The notes under the pieces are model-generated. The model had not been told where the DNA came from. It saw nothing but the letters and a program-made list of their open reading frames with translations, and searched no databases. Made by a program: the position numbers and the translations under genes. From contig MU054187.1 of assembly GCA_013239625.1 (NCBI GenBank), forward strand, positions 13,610,974 through 13,674,973: 64,000 bases of DNA, in the 5' to 3' direction. This document shows, one piece after another, positions 39,691-52,444 of the stretch. How positions within the stretch are numbered: the stretch's first letter is position 1; each line of letters opens with the position of its first letter. This DNA is from Lama guanicoe. Taxonomy: Eukaryota.

Positions 39691-40137
39691 ATGTGCATGT
39701 GACAAATCACTGGATTTGCTACCCTTTGGAGATAGTCGTTTTCAAACACAGTGAAAATAATCAAGAGAGGCATGAATGTCAAGGTGCCCTTTCTATGATG
39801 ATGGCCATTGTTCAATTACGTAAGAATTGACAATTTCAAAAGTATTTTTTGCACAGTACTTTAGTATATGTGCTGCCGAAGTGAGCGCTTTTAGACAGTA
39901 CTTTCACACATTATTTCAGTACTATAGTTAAAGTTTCTGATGTAGAAGAAATACAATTTTGTGTTTATGTCTAGTGCTAACAAAAACGTGTGTGTGTTCT
40001 GTAAAGGTAATTGAATTTTGACTGCTTTATTTTAAATTCACCCTCTATTACTGATGTGAAAAATTCATATTAATGGAGTTAGTATTGGCTTACTTGCTCT
40101 GGAATCCTTGAAGTCCCATAATCTTTAAATAGGAAGA

Positions 40138-41008
40138 CCATGCAAGTTATCACAAATGGCAAGATTTAATTTTTTATGGCCTATTTTCCATTGTATATAT
40201 CTGTATCTATCTATCTATCCATCTATCCATCCGTATCTATCTATCCATCTATCCATCCATCCATCTATATACCACATCTTCTTTATCTGTTCATCGATCA
40301 ATGGGCATTTTACATTGCTTCCATATCTTGGCTATTGTAAATAATGCTGCAATGAACTTAGGGGTGCATATATTGTTTTGAATAAGTGTTTTCATTTTTT
40401 TCAGGTATTGCATGAGTGGAATTTCTAGATCGTATGATAGTTCTATTTTTAATTTTTTGAGGAATCTCCATACTATGTTCTCTAGTGGCGACACCAGTTT
40501 GCATTCCCACCAACAGTGCACCCTTTTCTTCACATCCTCACCAACACTTTGTTATTTGGTTTATTTTTGATAGTAGCCACTCTGACAGCTGTGAAGTGTT
40601 GCCTCATTGTGGTTTTGATTTGCTTTTCTCTCTTGATTTGTGAGGCTGAGCATCTCTTCACGTGCCTGTGGGTCATCCATGCATCTTCGTTGGAAAAACA
40701 TCTGTTCAGATCTTTTGCCCATTTTTTAATGAGGTTGTTCTGGGTTTTGGTTTTGGGGTTTTGTCTTTGTTTTTTGCTATTGAGTTGTATGAGTTCTCTT
40801 ATATTTTGCATATTAACCCCTTACTGAGTGTATCATTTGCAAATACCTTCTCCAATTCACTAGGTAGCCTTTTTGTTTTGTTGAAAGTTTCCTTCCTTGT
40901 GCAAAAAGGTTTTAATTTGATGTAGTCCCATTTGCTTATTTTTGCTTTTGTTTCCTTTGCCTGAGGAGACATATTCAAAAACACATTGCTAAGCCTGATG
41001 TCAAACAT
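40138..41008 (-). mobile_element. L1 ORF2 C-terminal fragment with (TCTA/TCCA)n microsatellite (~40195-40270)
   Basis: Minus ORFs give L1 ORF2 peptides HCWWECKLV...[21 protein letters not shown] and KWDYIKLKPFCT, with frameshifts. Confidence 0.97.
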
Positions 41009-41104
41009 GGGCAGTATGGAACAGGGACTAACATAGGGTTTTAGGTCAAGTTCACTTCGAAAACAAACAAATGAACTCGTAGAAGAAGAAACCGGAGCTA
41101 GAAC

Positions 41105-41215
41105 CACACGCCAGGCTGGTTCTGAATTCCTGACTCTCATAACTCTATGAGAAAATAAATATTTATTATTGTTTTAAGCTGCTAAGTTTGGGGTAATTTT
41201 TTACAGAGCAATAGT
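41105..41215 (+). mobile_element. MaLR LTR 3' end fragment
   Basis: tgaattcctgactctcataactctatgagaaaataaat...ttttaagctgctaagtttggggtaattttttacagagcaatag. Confidence 0.7.
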
Positions 41216-43571
41216 TATATTATGCTATATAATAGCAATTGGTTATATTATGAAACTCCATTTTATCTTAGCCATCAGATGCCCACACATTCCTCACCAA
41301 CATTTTGTTTTGAGAACTTCACACAATCTGGAATAAATTGATTTCTTCCTCGAGATGAGACTTAGGTTAAACATTTTGTCAAGAATAGTACGTCAGTGAT
41401 ACCATATTCCCAACTATCTTTCCTGCTTGTCCATTAAAAATCTGTTTTATCCAGTTATTCACAAATGCCTGTTAATTTTACCTTGAATTCACTGGATGTC
41501 TACTATGTACTAGGCCTGTGTTTGGCATTTTTTTTGGAATTCAATGAAATATCCAATGTTCTTTTATTAATTTATTCAAATTGTTTTTAAATGTCTATAA
41601 TGTATAGTATTTTTCATTAGAGACTTAGACTGCAGGATAGTTGATGCAACTATGAACCTCAAATCCTTTAAACACAAAATGAACCATAATTTCTTTAACA
41701 TGTTTTAAAGACCTCAAGGAGGAAATATATGTCTATAAAATTGGTAAGAAACAAAAATATTCCAAAAATGTGTGGCCTCAATTCATCTGCTAACCCACAT
41801 CCAAAAGGAAATAAAAGCTAAACATTCTACTCTTGTTCTACAGGATTTGGGGGACTTGAAAAGGGTCTCTTCCTCTTTGATTTATGAAAAAACTGATTTC
41901 TTTAGTTTAGCAAAAATATTTATGAATTTTACAGTAGAAGACTCTAAGCACAGATGGCCAGAAAAACAAAAGAGATGAACATGGAGAGTTTAGTGGAAGG
42001 AATTGAAATTGCTAAGCTGGGAAGGGTTTGTATTTGGTGCCAAATGTAACACAGAAGCAAATGCATCAACGCAGGGACGCATTTATCAACTTAACACATG
42101 CTGGTTGTGTGGCTACAACCCACTTGACTGTACTGAGCATCCCTGCTCAGTGGGATTGGCTGGAACCTCTTTATTTGTTTATTTCTGGATGTGAAAATCT
42201 GTGCCCAGTGCTCAAAAGTCCCTCAGGGTATACCAACCATATCAATTACCGAGTAGACACAAAGGACAAAGGAGACAAGACAGCAAATGACAAAAGACCC
42301 AGATCCTCTTCCTCTAAGGTGCTGCTTCCAATCAGCATGGCAGAGCTGAAGATGCACATAAAGGCCAGCCATCTGGCCAAGTCTCTGCCCTCAGAGGACA
42401 CTTCCTGATTTTCTTTTTTTCCTTGGGTTCATATGAGCAGTGGGGCAGAGAAGGCAAATCACACAGATCCACAGAAACATTCATGGAGGGGAAAAATGTT
42501 TCAAATAAAAGAGGCAAAATGTTTATAACATGCTGAGCCCTATTTTACTGTGTGGTTGTGTGTGTATTTCTCTTTTTAAACACTACACACACACACACAC
42601 AGACACATTTATATTCCACAATTTAGTGAGATGACATGCAAAGTAAAACATTTTTTAAAATTACTTCTAAGCCTAATCAAACTGAAATATAATGTTAAAC
42701 CTCTAAAATCCTAAATCCTTTGCAGTATAACAAAAATAATAAACTCATCCAGAGGACCCAAGTTTGACCCTTGTATATAGTTTTTAAAAAAGAGAGAAAA
42801 AAATGTAGCTATATAAGGTGTAAATTTGGCGAGTAAGATCAGATAGAAGCTTAGACTATTCTTGGTCCATATCTTAGAAATGTATTTCATTTACCCAACT
42901 TTATAAACCAAGGTCAAGAGCCATGAACTTGATAGAATTTTTTGCTGGATCTGGCTATTACTCACTTGTATGTTGGCGTGGAATAAAAAGCTCATGCTAA
43001 AGTGCCTTGGGGAGAGTCTTTCATCCCCAGAACTGTCAAGGACTAGTGGTACTAGTCCCTGGTTTTCTCGTTTCTTTTTTCCCACTCTTTTCAACCTTAC
43101 GTGTGGAACTTTACAGTCTACCTCATTTTTTTAAAAGGAAATATCTCATTTTCTCAAGATACTGAACTCAATAGTGCAATGCATTCCATTCGAAATTTGT
43201 GTCTCCTTTTTAGTAGATGGCAGTCCTGGGATCCTTGGGTTAGAATCCTAGCCAAGGAGCAGACAGGCCTAATGCATGGCATTTCTATTATGGTAACTAA
43301 CATATATTATCTTCTTCTAGAGAAATCTGCTGAGACTATTATAAGATTATTTGCATTTTTCTAACCTTAGCCTTTGACTCAGGTAATTGGTTAATTATGC
43401 AGTGTGATGGATGGATTTAGTACGGATTCCCGTCTGATTTCCACACCAAACCCATAGTCAATGCTATTTCAAGAGTTTGAGAAGAATGACATCTTGAAAC
43501 AGAAAACAATAATTTCCAGTTGTCGTTTTAAAAATGATGCATTCTGCCACCACTCACTGCCAATCTCCACC

Positions 43572-43740
43572 ATTTAAAAAACTTTAGCTCTTAACGAAGG
43601 AAAAATTCAAACATATGCAAACACAGTGGGATAGTATAATAACCCCTCACATACTTACTACCCAGATCCAACGCTTATCAACTTTCTACCTCATTTCATC
43701 TATATGCCTCAACCTACTCCTTACATCCCTAGATTATTGT
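43572..43740 (-). mobile_element. L1MC-type 3' end fragment
   Basis: gaaaaattcaaacatatgcaaacacagtgggatagtataataacccctcacatacttactacccagatccaac. Confidence 0.7.
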
Positions 43741-45842
43741 TATTTTGTTAGAGTTCTTTTTCCACCACTCTTTTTAATTTACTGCTTGACTGCTTGATAT
43801 AGTCTCTGGATGGAGTGGATGCATGTCTTCTACCCTTACAGATAGAAATGTAAGCGCTTTTGTACATACAGAGGTCATGGATTTGTCACAATCTAGCTTC
43901 CATAGACATCTGGTCTGGCAATGCAAATTCTGCCAAAGAGAAGAACAGCAGATAATTCTGAAGACAGTCATTGTTTCCTGTCATTGACCAGTGTTTAGCC
44001 CGCCCAGAATTCCTCCTCCTTCTGGGAGCACACCTACTTTCTTCTTTGCAGTGCCTATTTCTCCTGGTTCTAATGGAGGCAACTCTGTCTATGAGCTTAT
44101 GCTTTGGGCAGAATAAAGCCAGACAGAGTTACAGGCTCCTTCTATTTCATCCTCCCCCAGCACGAGCCCAGAGGAGGTCAGGGGAGCCAGCCACTTGTGA
44201 GAACTGGCAGAAGAGTAAGGGAGAGAAAGTAAGGAAGCACGCAAGGAGGAAAAGTTAGGAGCTCCAGATATCCATCCTTATATCAAATTGGCAAAACCAC
44301 CCAATGAGCCCTGTGTTACTCTTCAAATTTTACAGATAGGAAAACTGACATGCAAAGTGGTTACCCAGCTATTAAATACTATTAAAAACTATTAAATAAT
44401 GGATGAAGAGTGTAACTTTAGTTGATCCCCATATGTTCAATCAAACTCATGGCATTCTTTGTAAATAGGCTGTATCATAGAATGAAAGAATATATCTAAT
44501 TTATTTGGATTAGTGTAAGTGTCTAATTAGGTTTTTTTAATTATAGGAGAGGAACTTTCTCAGCATTGTTTGAAACTGGAATACAGATGTAGATGTTAAA
44601 TGCTTTTGCTTCTTAAGAAAAAACTTTCCTCATGGACCCAACTAAGATTGTATTAACCCCACCAAGATCAACCCAGGAACAAGTATTTTCAAGGCAGCTT
44701 GACAAGTTTTCATACTTGGAGAATTTGAACAAGAACAATCACTCAGTGGGGCACTGCTTGCCACGACTCTCCTGCCTGCTGGGTTTCTGGCTTTTAGGCA
44801 TTTTGACAATATGTAGTCTTTAATTGGCCTTTTTTCAAATGCCGCTTCTCACTTTTGGCATTAATTGCTAATTAATAAAAGCATGAAAATGTCAGTATGT
44901 CAGCATTTGAGCCAACACCTCGATGTGGAGGAATTAGGTAGAAACACAGCGTTTACATTTGGGATAGGCTAAAGGAAAAATATTCAACAGGTCCCAGCAT
45001 CCTTTCTTTAAACTTGCCCTGAGGTGGAAAGTTGACTTTCCTAGAATCCTCAGGGCCTTCCCTTCCCCCAAAGGACTTAAATCAGAAGGTTCTGCACAAG
45101 CAAGATGCTGGGTAACTCTTGCCAAACCCTGCAAGGTACCCACCCGCCACCTGAAGTGGGGGGATGTTTGCTTGACCTCAGCTCATTGTTAAACTTGGGA
45201 TGCTTTAGGTACAAATGTAAATACACAGCTATCACACACGTGAGTGGTCTTGTTATTTCAGTTTCCAGCAACTGGGGTAGGATGGGAGCTTGGCCTTGGA
45301 TGGGGGAGAAGCTTTCTCCTGGACTGTGAGACTCAGCCGCTGCCCCAGCCCGGGTTCTCAGAGAGCTCTGTACTGCAGTGATGCACAGGAGCCCTCCGAA
45401 GGAAGGGGCCTCCAGGTGCCCTCTTGTTCCCATTGCAACTGTAAATACGTCCCTTGGGAACTTCATGGAGAAGGGTGAGCTTACAGAGATTTCTCTTCAC
45501 TGACAGCCGCTAAATACCAGCATGTTTCATCTTGGAGAGTTCACAGTAGCAAAACATGGGGGAAGTTCCTTTTCCCACAACTCTTTCTCCCCCTACTTGA
45601 AAGCCTCTGTTAAAGAAAAAAACAAAAACCAAAAACAAACTATGCTTTAAACTGGAAGGCAAGAGCCTAGCGTGTTCTGAATACGGCAGGGGTTCTAAAA
45701 GCCTTGATTTGAAGTGGGCTCCCTCTTAGTATCCGGCTTGGAGCCCACCGCGCCTTCAGACGTCAGCAGGCGGAGACCTGATCACTGTTGCCAAAGGGCA
45801 GTGGGTATTGGACAAAGAAGAACGTCTCAATTCTCCACTTTG

Positions 45843-47015
45843 CTTTTTTATAATAAATTTGTTTGAGAATACTTTCATGGAAAAATTGCAAAGGTAATAG
45901 GGACAGTTTCCTTACACTCCTCACTCAGTTTCCCCTGTTAGATTTGACATCACCAAGTACGAGTGTCAGAACTGAGAAACTAATGCCAAGAAACTAATGT
46001 CTTTAACTAAATTCCCAACTGTATTTTGATTTTGTTCGCTTTTCCACTAAAGTCCTTTTTCTGTTCCAGTGTCCAATCCGGACACCACGTGGCGTTTAGT
46101 CCTCGCGTCTCCCCAGTCTCCCCGGGTCTGTGAGGTCTCTCAGACTCCTTGTTGTTCATGACCGTGACAGCTTTGAGGAGTACTGCTTAGGTATTTTGCA
46201 GCATGTCTCTGAGTTTGCGTTTGTCTGATGTGTTTCCTCATGATTAGAGAAATGCATAACCCCGGGTACGCAGTTTTAGAAATAGTATCACGGAAGTGAG
46301 ATGCCTTTCTCATCCTATTATGTCAGGAGAATCTGAGATGTTTGAAGAGGTACTCGATGTCAGCATGATATCACATGGAGATGTCAACCTTAATCACTTG
46401 GTTAAGGTAGTGTTTGCCAGGCTTTACAATGTGGAAGTACTGTAATTCCCTTTCCACATTCTTCTTTTGAAGCAAGTCGCTAACTCCAGCCCACCTTCAA
46501 GGAGGGGAGGGATTGAGCTCCAGGTCCTGGAGGAAGAGGGAGTATCTATCTATATTTGGAATTCACTTTTAAGGAAGATATTTATTTATTCAATCATTTT
46601 TAAATTATTATGGACTCATATTTATTTTATATTTTGGATTATACAGTAATTTTTTTTTTTGCCCAAACTATCTCAGTTTTGGCCATTTGGGCCTTCTTCA
46701 CAGTGGGTCCTATGTCCTTTGACAGGCTCCATCCTCTTGTTTTTAGAGCACTTCCTTCATTTCTGGCACTGGAAGACACTCCAAGATCATCTAGTATTTT
46801 CCCTGTCCCTGTCTTGAAATCAGTCATTTTTCCAAAAAGCTAAGTTCCTTTTATTATGGAATAACGTTTAGAAACCAAGACTGGGCACTGGGTATACTCA
46901 TTGCTGCTGGGGTTCACTGCCTAAAAGCCCCGTCAATCCATTTGTATAAATATTAGGATGAATATGATCTTACTGATATCTTTGATTCTAATCCAGGACT
47001 GTGAGGTACAATTCA
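45843..47015 (-). mobile_element. L1MC/MD-type 3'UTR
   Basis: gaaaaattgcaaaggtaatag, ttttccactaaagtcctttttctgttccag, gatgtcaaccttaatcacttggttaaggtagtgtttgccagg, tttagaaaccaagactgggcactggg. Confidence 0.85.
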
Positions 47016-47019
47016 TGTA

Positions 47020-47383
47020 CAGTTGTCCCTCAGTATCCACAGGGGACTGTCTCCAGAAACTCTCCACCCCCATGGATACCCAAATCCATAGGTGCTCTAG
47101 TCTCTTACATAAAATGGTGTAGTATTTGCATGTAAGCAATATGCATTCTCCATATACTTTAAATCATCTCTAGATTACCCACAATACTTAACAGAATGTA
47201 AATGTTATGTAAATAGTTGTAAATATAATGTAAATGCTATGTAAATAGTTGTTGGTGCATGGCAAATTCAAGCTTTGCTTTTTGGAACTTTCTGAAATTA
47301 AAAAAAATTCTTTTCATCCACAATTGGTTGAATCTGAGGTTGAATGTGAGGATGTGGAACACACGGATATGGAGATCTGGCTG
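47020..47383 (+). mobile_element. MER2 (TcMar-Tigger) with TA target-site duplication
   Basis: TA|cagttgtccctcagtatcc ... ggatatggagatctggctg|TA, with internal tactttaaatcatctctagattac. Confidence 0.92.
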
Positions 47384-47439
47384 TACTTATTTGCTTAACC
47401 CTAGGAATACTTTGCCTTCTGAAGTGGAGATATAGCTCA

Positions 47440-47690
47440 GAATAGCGAAGTATAGAACTGAGGTAGTGGTCTGTGTGATTCATGAAAAATGAGACTTTTA
47501 ATCTCCCCTCCCCCATGTATTGCAAATAAATGCAACTTAAGTACTGTTAAAAATAGTTAAAAATCTGTATTTGTAAAATGCAAAGAATAATCCTGTCTAC
47601 CTCATGAAATTACTTGTGAGATTTTTAATGAGACAACACACTTAATGATTTTAGTAAATAGCAAGTTTAGAATAAATACTAGCTATTATG
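47440..47690 (+). mobile_element. MIR fragments
   Basis: ctgtatttgtaaaatgcaaagaataatcctgtctacctcatgaaattacttgtgagatttttaatgaga. Confidence 0.65.
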
Positions 47691-49726
47691 ACTACACCTA
47701 ATAACCCAAACTGTTAGAATTCCTTATAAATTTATATTCTGAAATTATAATTTTCTACTCTACGTAAAAGCCTAAGAGCCTCACTTAAAACTAACGGGAA
47801 AGGGGCTTTGAGACCAGAGTGGTAGGGATGACCCCACTGGCCGACGGGGACAGGGTGAAAACGCTGCCAGTGACGTCCGGGCTCTGCAGCCGTGCTGGCC
47901 TTGGCGGATCCGCCAAATATCAGGAGGCCTGAGACGTCTGTGAAACCGAAAGGGAGTCACTAAACAGAAGCTCAGTGAGTGCAGTTCAGGAGTTAGAGGA
48001 GCCCTTGGGATCTCAGCCCAGACGATGTAGACAGCCCAAGCACAGTTTACTGAAGATAAAAAGAGGGGTCTTATTTTTCTGAGATAGATGGAGGGTCCTG
48101 TCTCCCAGTCAGCAGCGTGTGAATGCAAAGAGCCAAAGACATGAGAAAGATTAAAACATCATCACAGAAGATGGAAAACAAGAGCAGATAGGACCGCAAG
48201 CCTCAGACATTGTGTGCCCTGTGGGTGAGGATACTCAGGCCCGTGGCCAGCAGAGTCTAAAGATGCCGCGGTGTCTGAAGGCCAGTGAGTCCACTGGTCA
48301 GCGGTCCACTGCTGTGAGTGTTTTGTAACAGGCTGACAACTGGGACGAAAAGAAATGCAAGTCTTTTGTTTAGTTTTTACCAGTGAAATGCTGTCCATCA
48401 CTATGGATGTTCATTTTTACATAATCCAAGTCTGAAATAAGGAAACTGAGGTTGCTCTGTTTAACTCCTGTTTAAAATTTGTGTCTGGTTACTAAAGGCC
48501 ACCAATAAATTTCATTTTACATGAAGCTCATTAATGTCATCAGCTCCATGAATGTAGCCTAATTCCTTGATTCCCCAGTAATAATATGCTGGGGAAAGGA
48601 AGTACACTTTTCTGTTCATTAGATTTGATGTCCACCCCGAAACCAAGGCCATAACCCACTAATCAGGTTTGGAAAGACGTTCTCCTCTTAATTTATGAGT
48701 GAAATGACAGCACACTAATTATATCCTTGCAAGGCTGCCAATGTATGCAAGTAATCAAATACTTGATTCAGGCCTCAGAAGGAAGTTTTAGCAATTCTGG
48801 ACACATACTAGAAGTAGTCACTAATATTGGAGCTTTCAAGAGATAAATTCCCATGTTTTTATGCAGCAAAAATATGTGAGTAATGAATATGAATTGTTCT
48901 TTCTATGTAAACATATTTTATCCAGCGATGAAAATTGCTAATTCAGCTTTTTTGTAGAGGTCAACTCTAAAATGTAAATTTACCTGATGGAGAGTGGATG
49001 GGAAGTATAATTTGACCTCTCACTGATCATTTTATACTCAGCTTTTAGGGACACCTAGTTCCTACCCTGTCCTGAATCTCAAAATTACATAGTCCTTTTT
49101 TTTTTTTTTTGCTTTTTCTTCATTGCTTATACTGGGTTTTTCTGACTGCTTAGTCCTACTCTCCTTTGTTTTAATTTTTTTTTTCTGTCTACTGGAATTT
49201 CACACTGGCCTCAGCATGATTTTTTTCTATAGCATCTCACTTTTAAAAGGTTATTTAGGAAATGAACAATGTACTTACTTATCTCTTGATATTAACATTT
49301 TGATATTTAGCATTTCATGATTATGAGAGATAATTAATATTTACTCCAGCTTCTGTTATGGAATGTGGCCTCAAAATATTCACAGGGCTGACTTCACTTT
49401 GTTTTCAAATCAGTAGTCAGTGTTAGCAGATGGCAGGATTTTCCCACATTTAGATCCTACTATTGAAAAAATTCACAAAAGCATGAACTTACATTAAGAA
49501 ATTATACTTTAGTCAATGATAACAAAGCAACATTTATACTGACTTAAAGCATTCTTTCAAATTTTCCGTAATTGGACATCATGAAATAAAAGGGGAAAGG
49601 AAGAGGCTATCGGGGAGTCTAGAGAGAGCAGAGGCGTTTGAAGTTATTATTAAAGGACCCCCTTTCCTTTTTTATCACTGTTTTTCCACCCACCACGAAG
49701 ACACACATTATATACAATGAATAATT

Positions 49727-49915
49727 CATGAGGATGTGACGTGCAGCATGGGGAGTGTAGTCAATAACGTTGTAATAACTTTGCATGGTGACAGGTGGTA
49801 CTTGGACTTAATCATGGTGATCGTTTCTTAGTGTTTAAAAATATCAAACCACTATGTTGTATAGCTAAAACTAATATGATATTGTAAGTCAATTATAGAT
49901 CAATTTAAAAAAATT
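49727..49915 (+). mobile_element. Short L1 3' end (L1MA9-like lineage)
   Basis: tagtcaataacgttgtaataactttgcatggtgacag ... aaactaatatgatattgtaagtcaattatagatcaatttaaaaaaa. Confidence 0.85.
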
Positions 49916-50114
49916 TAAGGCATTGTAGTTTTTGCTCCGCCCATCGTTCTTCTGGAGGACAGGTTTTGGTGCGGCGGAATGATAAGACCACACGTCTACC
50001 TGCAGGAGGGGGAAAGGCTGCCCCGGACATGAGAGGGCCGATAACAAACAGCTGCTTTTTTCCTGAGGATTCTGCAAAACCCTGGAAATTATATCAGTGG
50101 TGAATATTATAGCT

Positions 50115-50330
50115 GTTAGAAGCATGGTGGCTCTAGCTAGACTGATTGGATTCGAATGCCAGCTCCATCAGTTACAGCTGACTAGTCACTGGGCAAATTA
50201 CCAAGTCTCTTGGTGCCTCAGTTTCCTCCTGTTTTATGAGAATAATAGGAGTGCTTATTTTGTGAGGGTGCTATGAGGATTAAATGACTTATATATCTGT
50301 AAATGCTTCCAGGAGTGCCTGGAGTTTTTA
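50115..50330 (+). mobile_element. MIR SINE
   Basis: ggattcgaatgccagctcc...tgggcaaattaccaagtctcttggtgcctcagtttcctc...tgaggattaaatga. Confidence 0.88.
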
Positions 50331-50504
50331 AAATGATATATATCTGTGTTAAATTAAAAAGTACATGAAGTGAAATTTTACTCCTCTCCTAAAAACCTTC
50401 TAATTCTTCTCATCTCACTCAGAGTAAAACTCCCTTGAATGGTCTGTCCTTTGTGATCTGTCTCCCTTCCTTGTCTGATGTCATTTCTTCTGTTCTAGCA
50501 CTCA

Positions 50505-50897
50505 GCTAGATGGCCCTTTGCATAATGTGCAACTGACTTCTGGCCACGGCATGTGGCCCACCATGATGCATTTCCAGTCTGGCCAATGGTTACCAGCCAT
50601 GCCAGTTTTAACATTGAAATCCCACATCCTGGGAAACCTGTCATTCCCAGGCAAATGGGGAGAGTTAGTCACCCTTCCCTGGCCTGTAAAAAGCTCTTGT
50701 AACTCTTCATACTCTCTTCTACCACCTGCTGGATACCAATGTCCAAGGTGACCTTGAAAGTCACCTATCAAAGATGACAGAGCCACCAACGGCCTTGGGC
50801 TTCTGAATGGAGCCAAATTATGTGAACAAGATCAATTTCTATTCTGATAAACCATTAAGATTTCATTGCATTAGCTTAACCAATAAACTAATTACCA
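50505..50897 (+). mobile_element. MLT1J-like MaLR LTR
   Basis: ccaaggtgaccttgaaagtcacctatcaaagatgacagagccacc ... aaaccattaagatttc. Confidence 0.7.
50585..50676 (-). mobile_element. MER94 (hAT-Blackjack MITE)
   Basis: ccagttttaacattgaaatcccacatcctgggaaacc...cccaggcaaa...gagttagtcaccct. Flanking 8-mers gtctggcc / ccctggcc are a TSD remnant. Confidence 0.85.
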
Positions 50898-52444
50898 TGC
50901 TGGTCATTCTGGCCTCCTTCCTGTTTCCTGAACAAAACAAGCATGCATTGGCCATCACTCTGTTCAGAATACTCTTTCGCAGACATCTGCACAGCTAACT
51001 CCTTTATCTCCAACCATTCTCTGATTAACTCTTGTTTTCTGTGGCCCTTGCTCATCCAGTATATTCAAAATATCAGCCATTACTCCATTCTCCTCCCTTT
51101 TTTTTGCCACAATATGAAAGCCTTCTAATTTATTCTGTATCATTTACCCCCATCCCTTATGGTGATTGTTTATTGCCTATCTTGCCTCCCACCTCAGAAT
51201 ATAAGCTTCACAAGGGTTGAGAACTTTGTTTCAATGACTGTGTACAGTCTAGAACATTGCCTGGCACATAGTAGGTGCTCAATAACTATTTGCTTAATGA
51301 ATGAATTACTTCAATTTATTTCATTTTCAGAGTTTATCAAGTTGACAAAAATAAAATTAAAGCTTAAAATGACTTGCCTCCTCAAGAAGTAGCACGTTTC
51401 ATGAAGCTTCGAAATGACAAATCCTTTCATCCATTTCGAGAAGATGATTATGGATTTGAGAAATTAGACATAGAATAATCCTGCTGTTTACTATTTCACA
51501 GTAATTTTTGCTCCTGGTGTGCATCCAAGGTTCTCCAAAACAGAGAATCTAAATAGAATATGTCTAAAATCAAATATTTAAGTCTATCGGTGTCTTTGTA
51601 ATCAGCTTTATTATTTAGATTCTGCAGTGTCTCAAATCACATGATTTTAACACTATAGCATTAAAGTTGTAGCAATAGCTTGTTACAGGCACTCTGTCTC
51701 TTTCAGTTTATTGGTACTCATATCAGTGCTTTCAAGTCTTCGTAATTCTGGATGTTTCAAAGAGTGTTAGAGACTTATCCAATATTTACCTTTATAAATT
51801 GTAAACTCTTCTGCAACTTGGAGGTGTAGTATCCTTGAGCAGGGTGAGGGGGCAACAGACTCAACTGGCTCTCCTGTTACTCCATTATACAAAAAGAAAG
51901 GACATATTTGTCATATTTTGTTCCTTGCTTAGGGAAGGTATCACGCACCAGTCTTTTATGGCAATAATTAAAATGCAGAGATCCACAGGGCACAGTTTGT
52001 GTCTTCTTTTCAACAAACAGAACATGAAGTATCACCTGTTTCTATGAGCACCCTTTTCGGTTGAAGGTTCTAGTTAAGCAAGATTTGGGCTTGGCAGGAA
52101 TAGCATCCCTGAGTGTTTGCTCTCAGAGTCCTCAGCGCTTTTTGCATTCAAAGAAGTGTTACCATGGAGAAAGTCCTCCATCCACTAATAAGATTGGTAT
52201 GATTCTGGAAAAGATTAAACAAGCCACCATGGTGTAAATCCATTGTTTATTTATATGCCTTTGGGAATAGTCTCAGAACAGCTGTTATCAATGAAGGGTA
52301 CATATTAAGAGAAGGGGCCTAATCAGAGATTAGTTTTGAATGACTAGTTACAGAAGACCTAATCTAAAATCTTTCAGAATTAAATTTTTTTATAATTTAT
52401 TTTGAATTTATTTGCCTGCGAACTTTAAAAATCAACTCCAAAAT

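Larger units (their letters stand above)
50365..51305 (+). mobile_element. L2 3' region split by an MLT1J-like LTR
   Basis: aaaaccttctaattcttctcatctcactcagagtaaaa ... ctggcctccttcctgtttcctgaac ... gcctggcacatagtaggtgctcaataactatttgcttaatgaatgaat. Confidence 0.85.

Noticed and set aside
40291..41140. Overlapping ORFs with protein-like sequence
   Set aside because: Frameshifted L1 ORF2 C-terminus and its antisense reading, not a host gene.
42028..42408. 126-aa plus-strand ORF in unique sequence
   Set aside because: No ATG start in the sequence, no recognisable homology and no flanking splice signals.
47901..47916. Perfect 16-bp palindrome TTGGCGGATCCGCCAA
   Set aside because: About one such palindrome is expected by chance in 64 kb, and the 6-nt spacer does not fit the NFI TTGGC-N5-GCCAA consensus.
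49420..49440. CTCF-like TTAGCAGATGGCAG (similar at ~43210 and ~31900)
   Set aside because: It lacks the conserved 5' CC of the core motif and cannot be supported without PWM or ChIP data.
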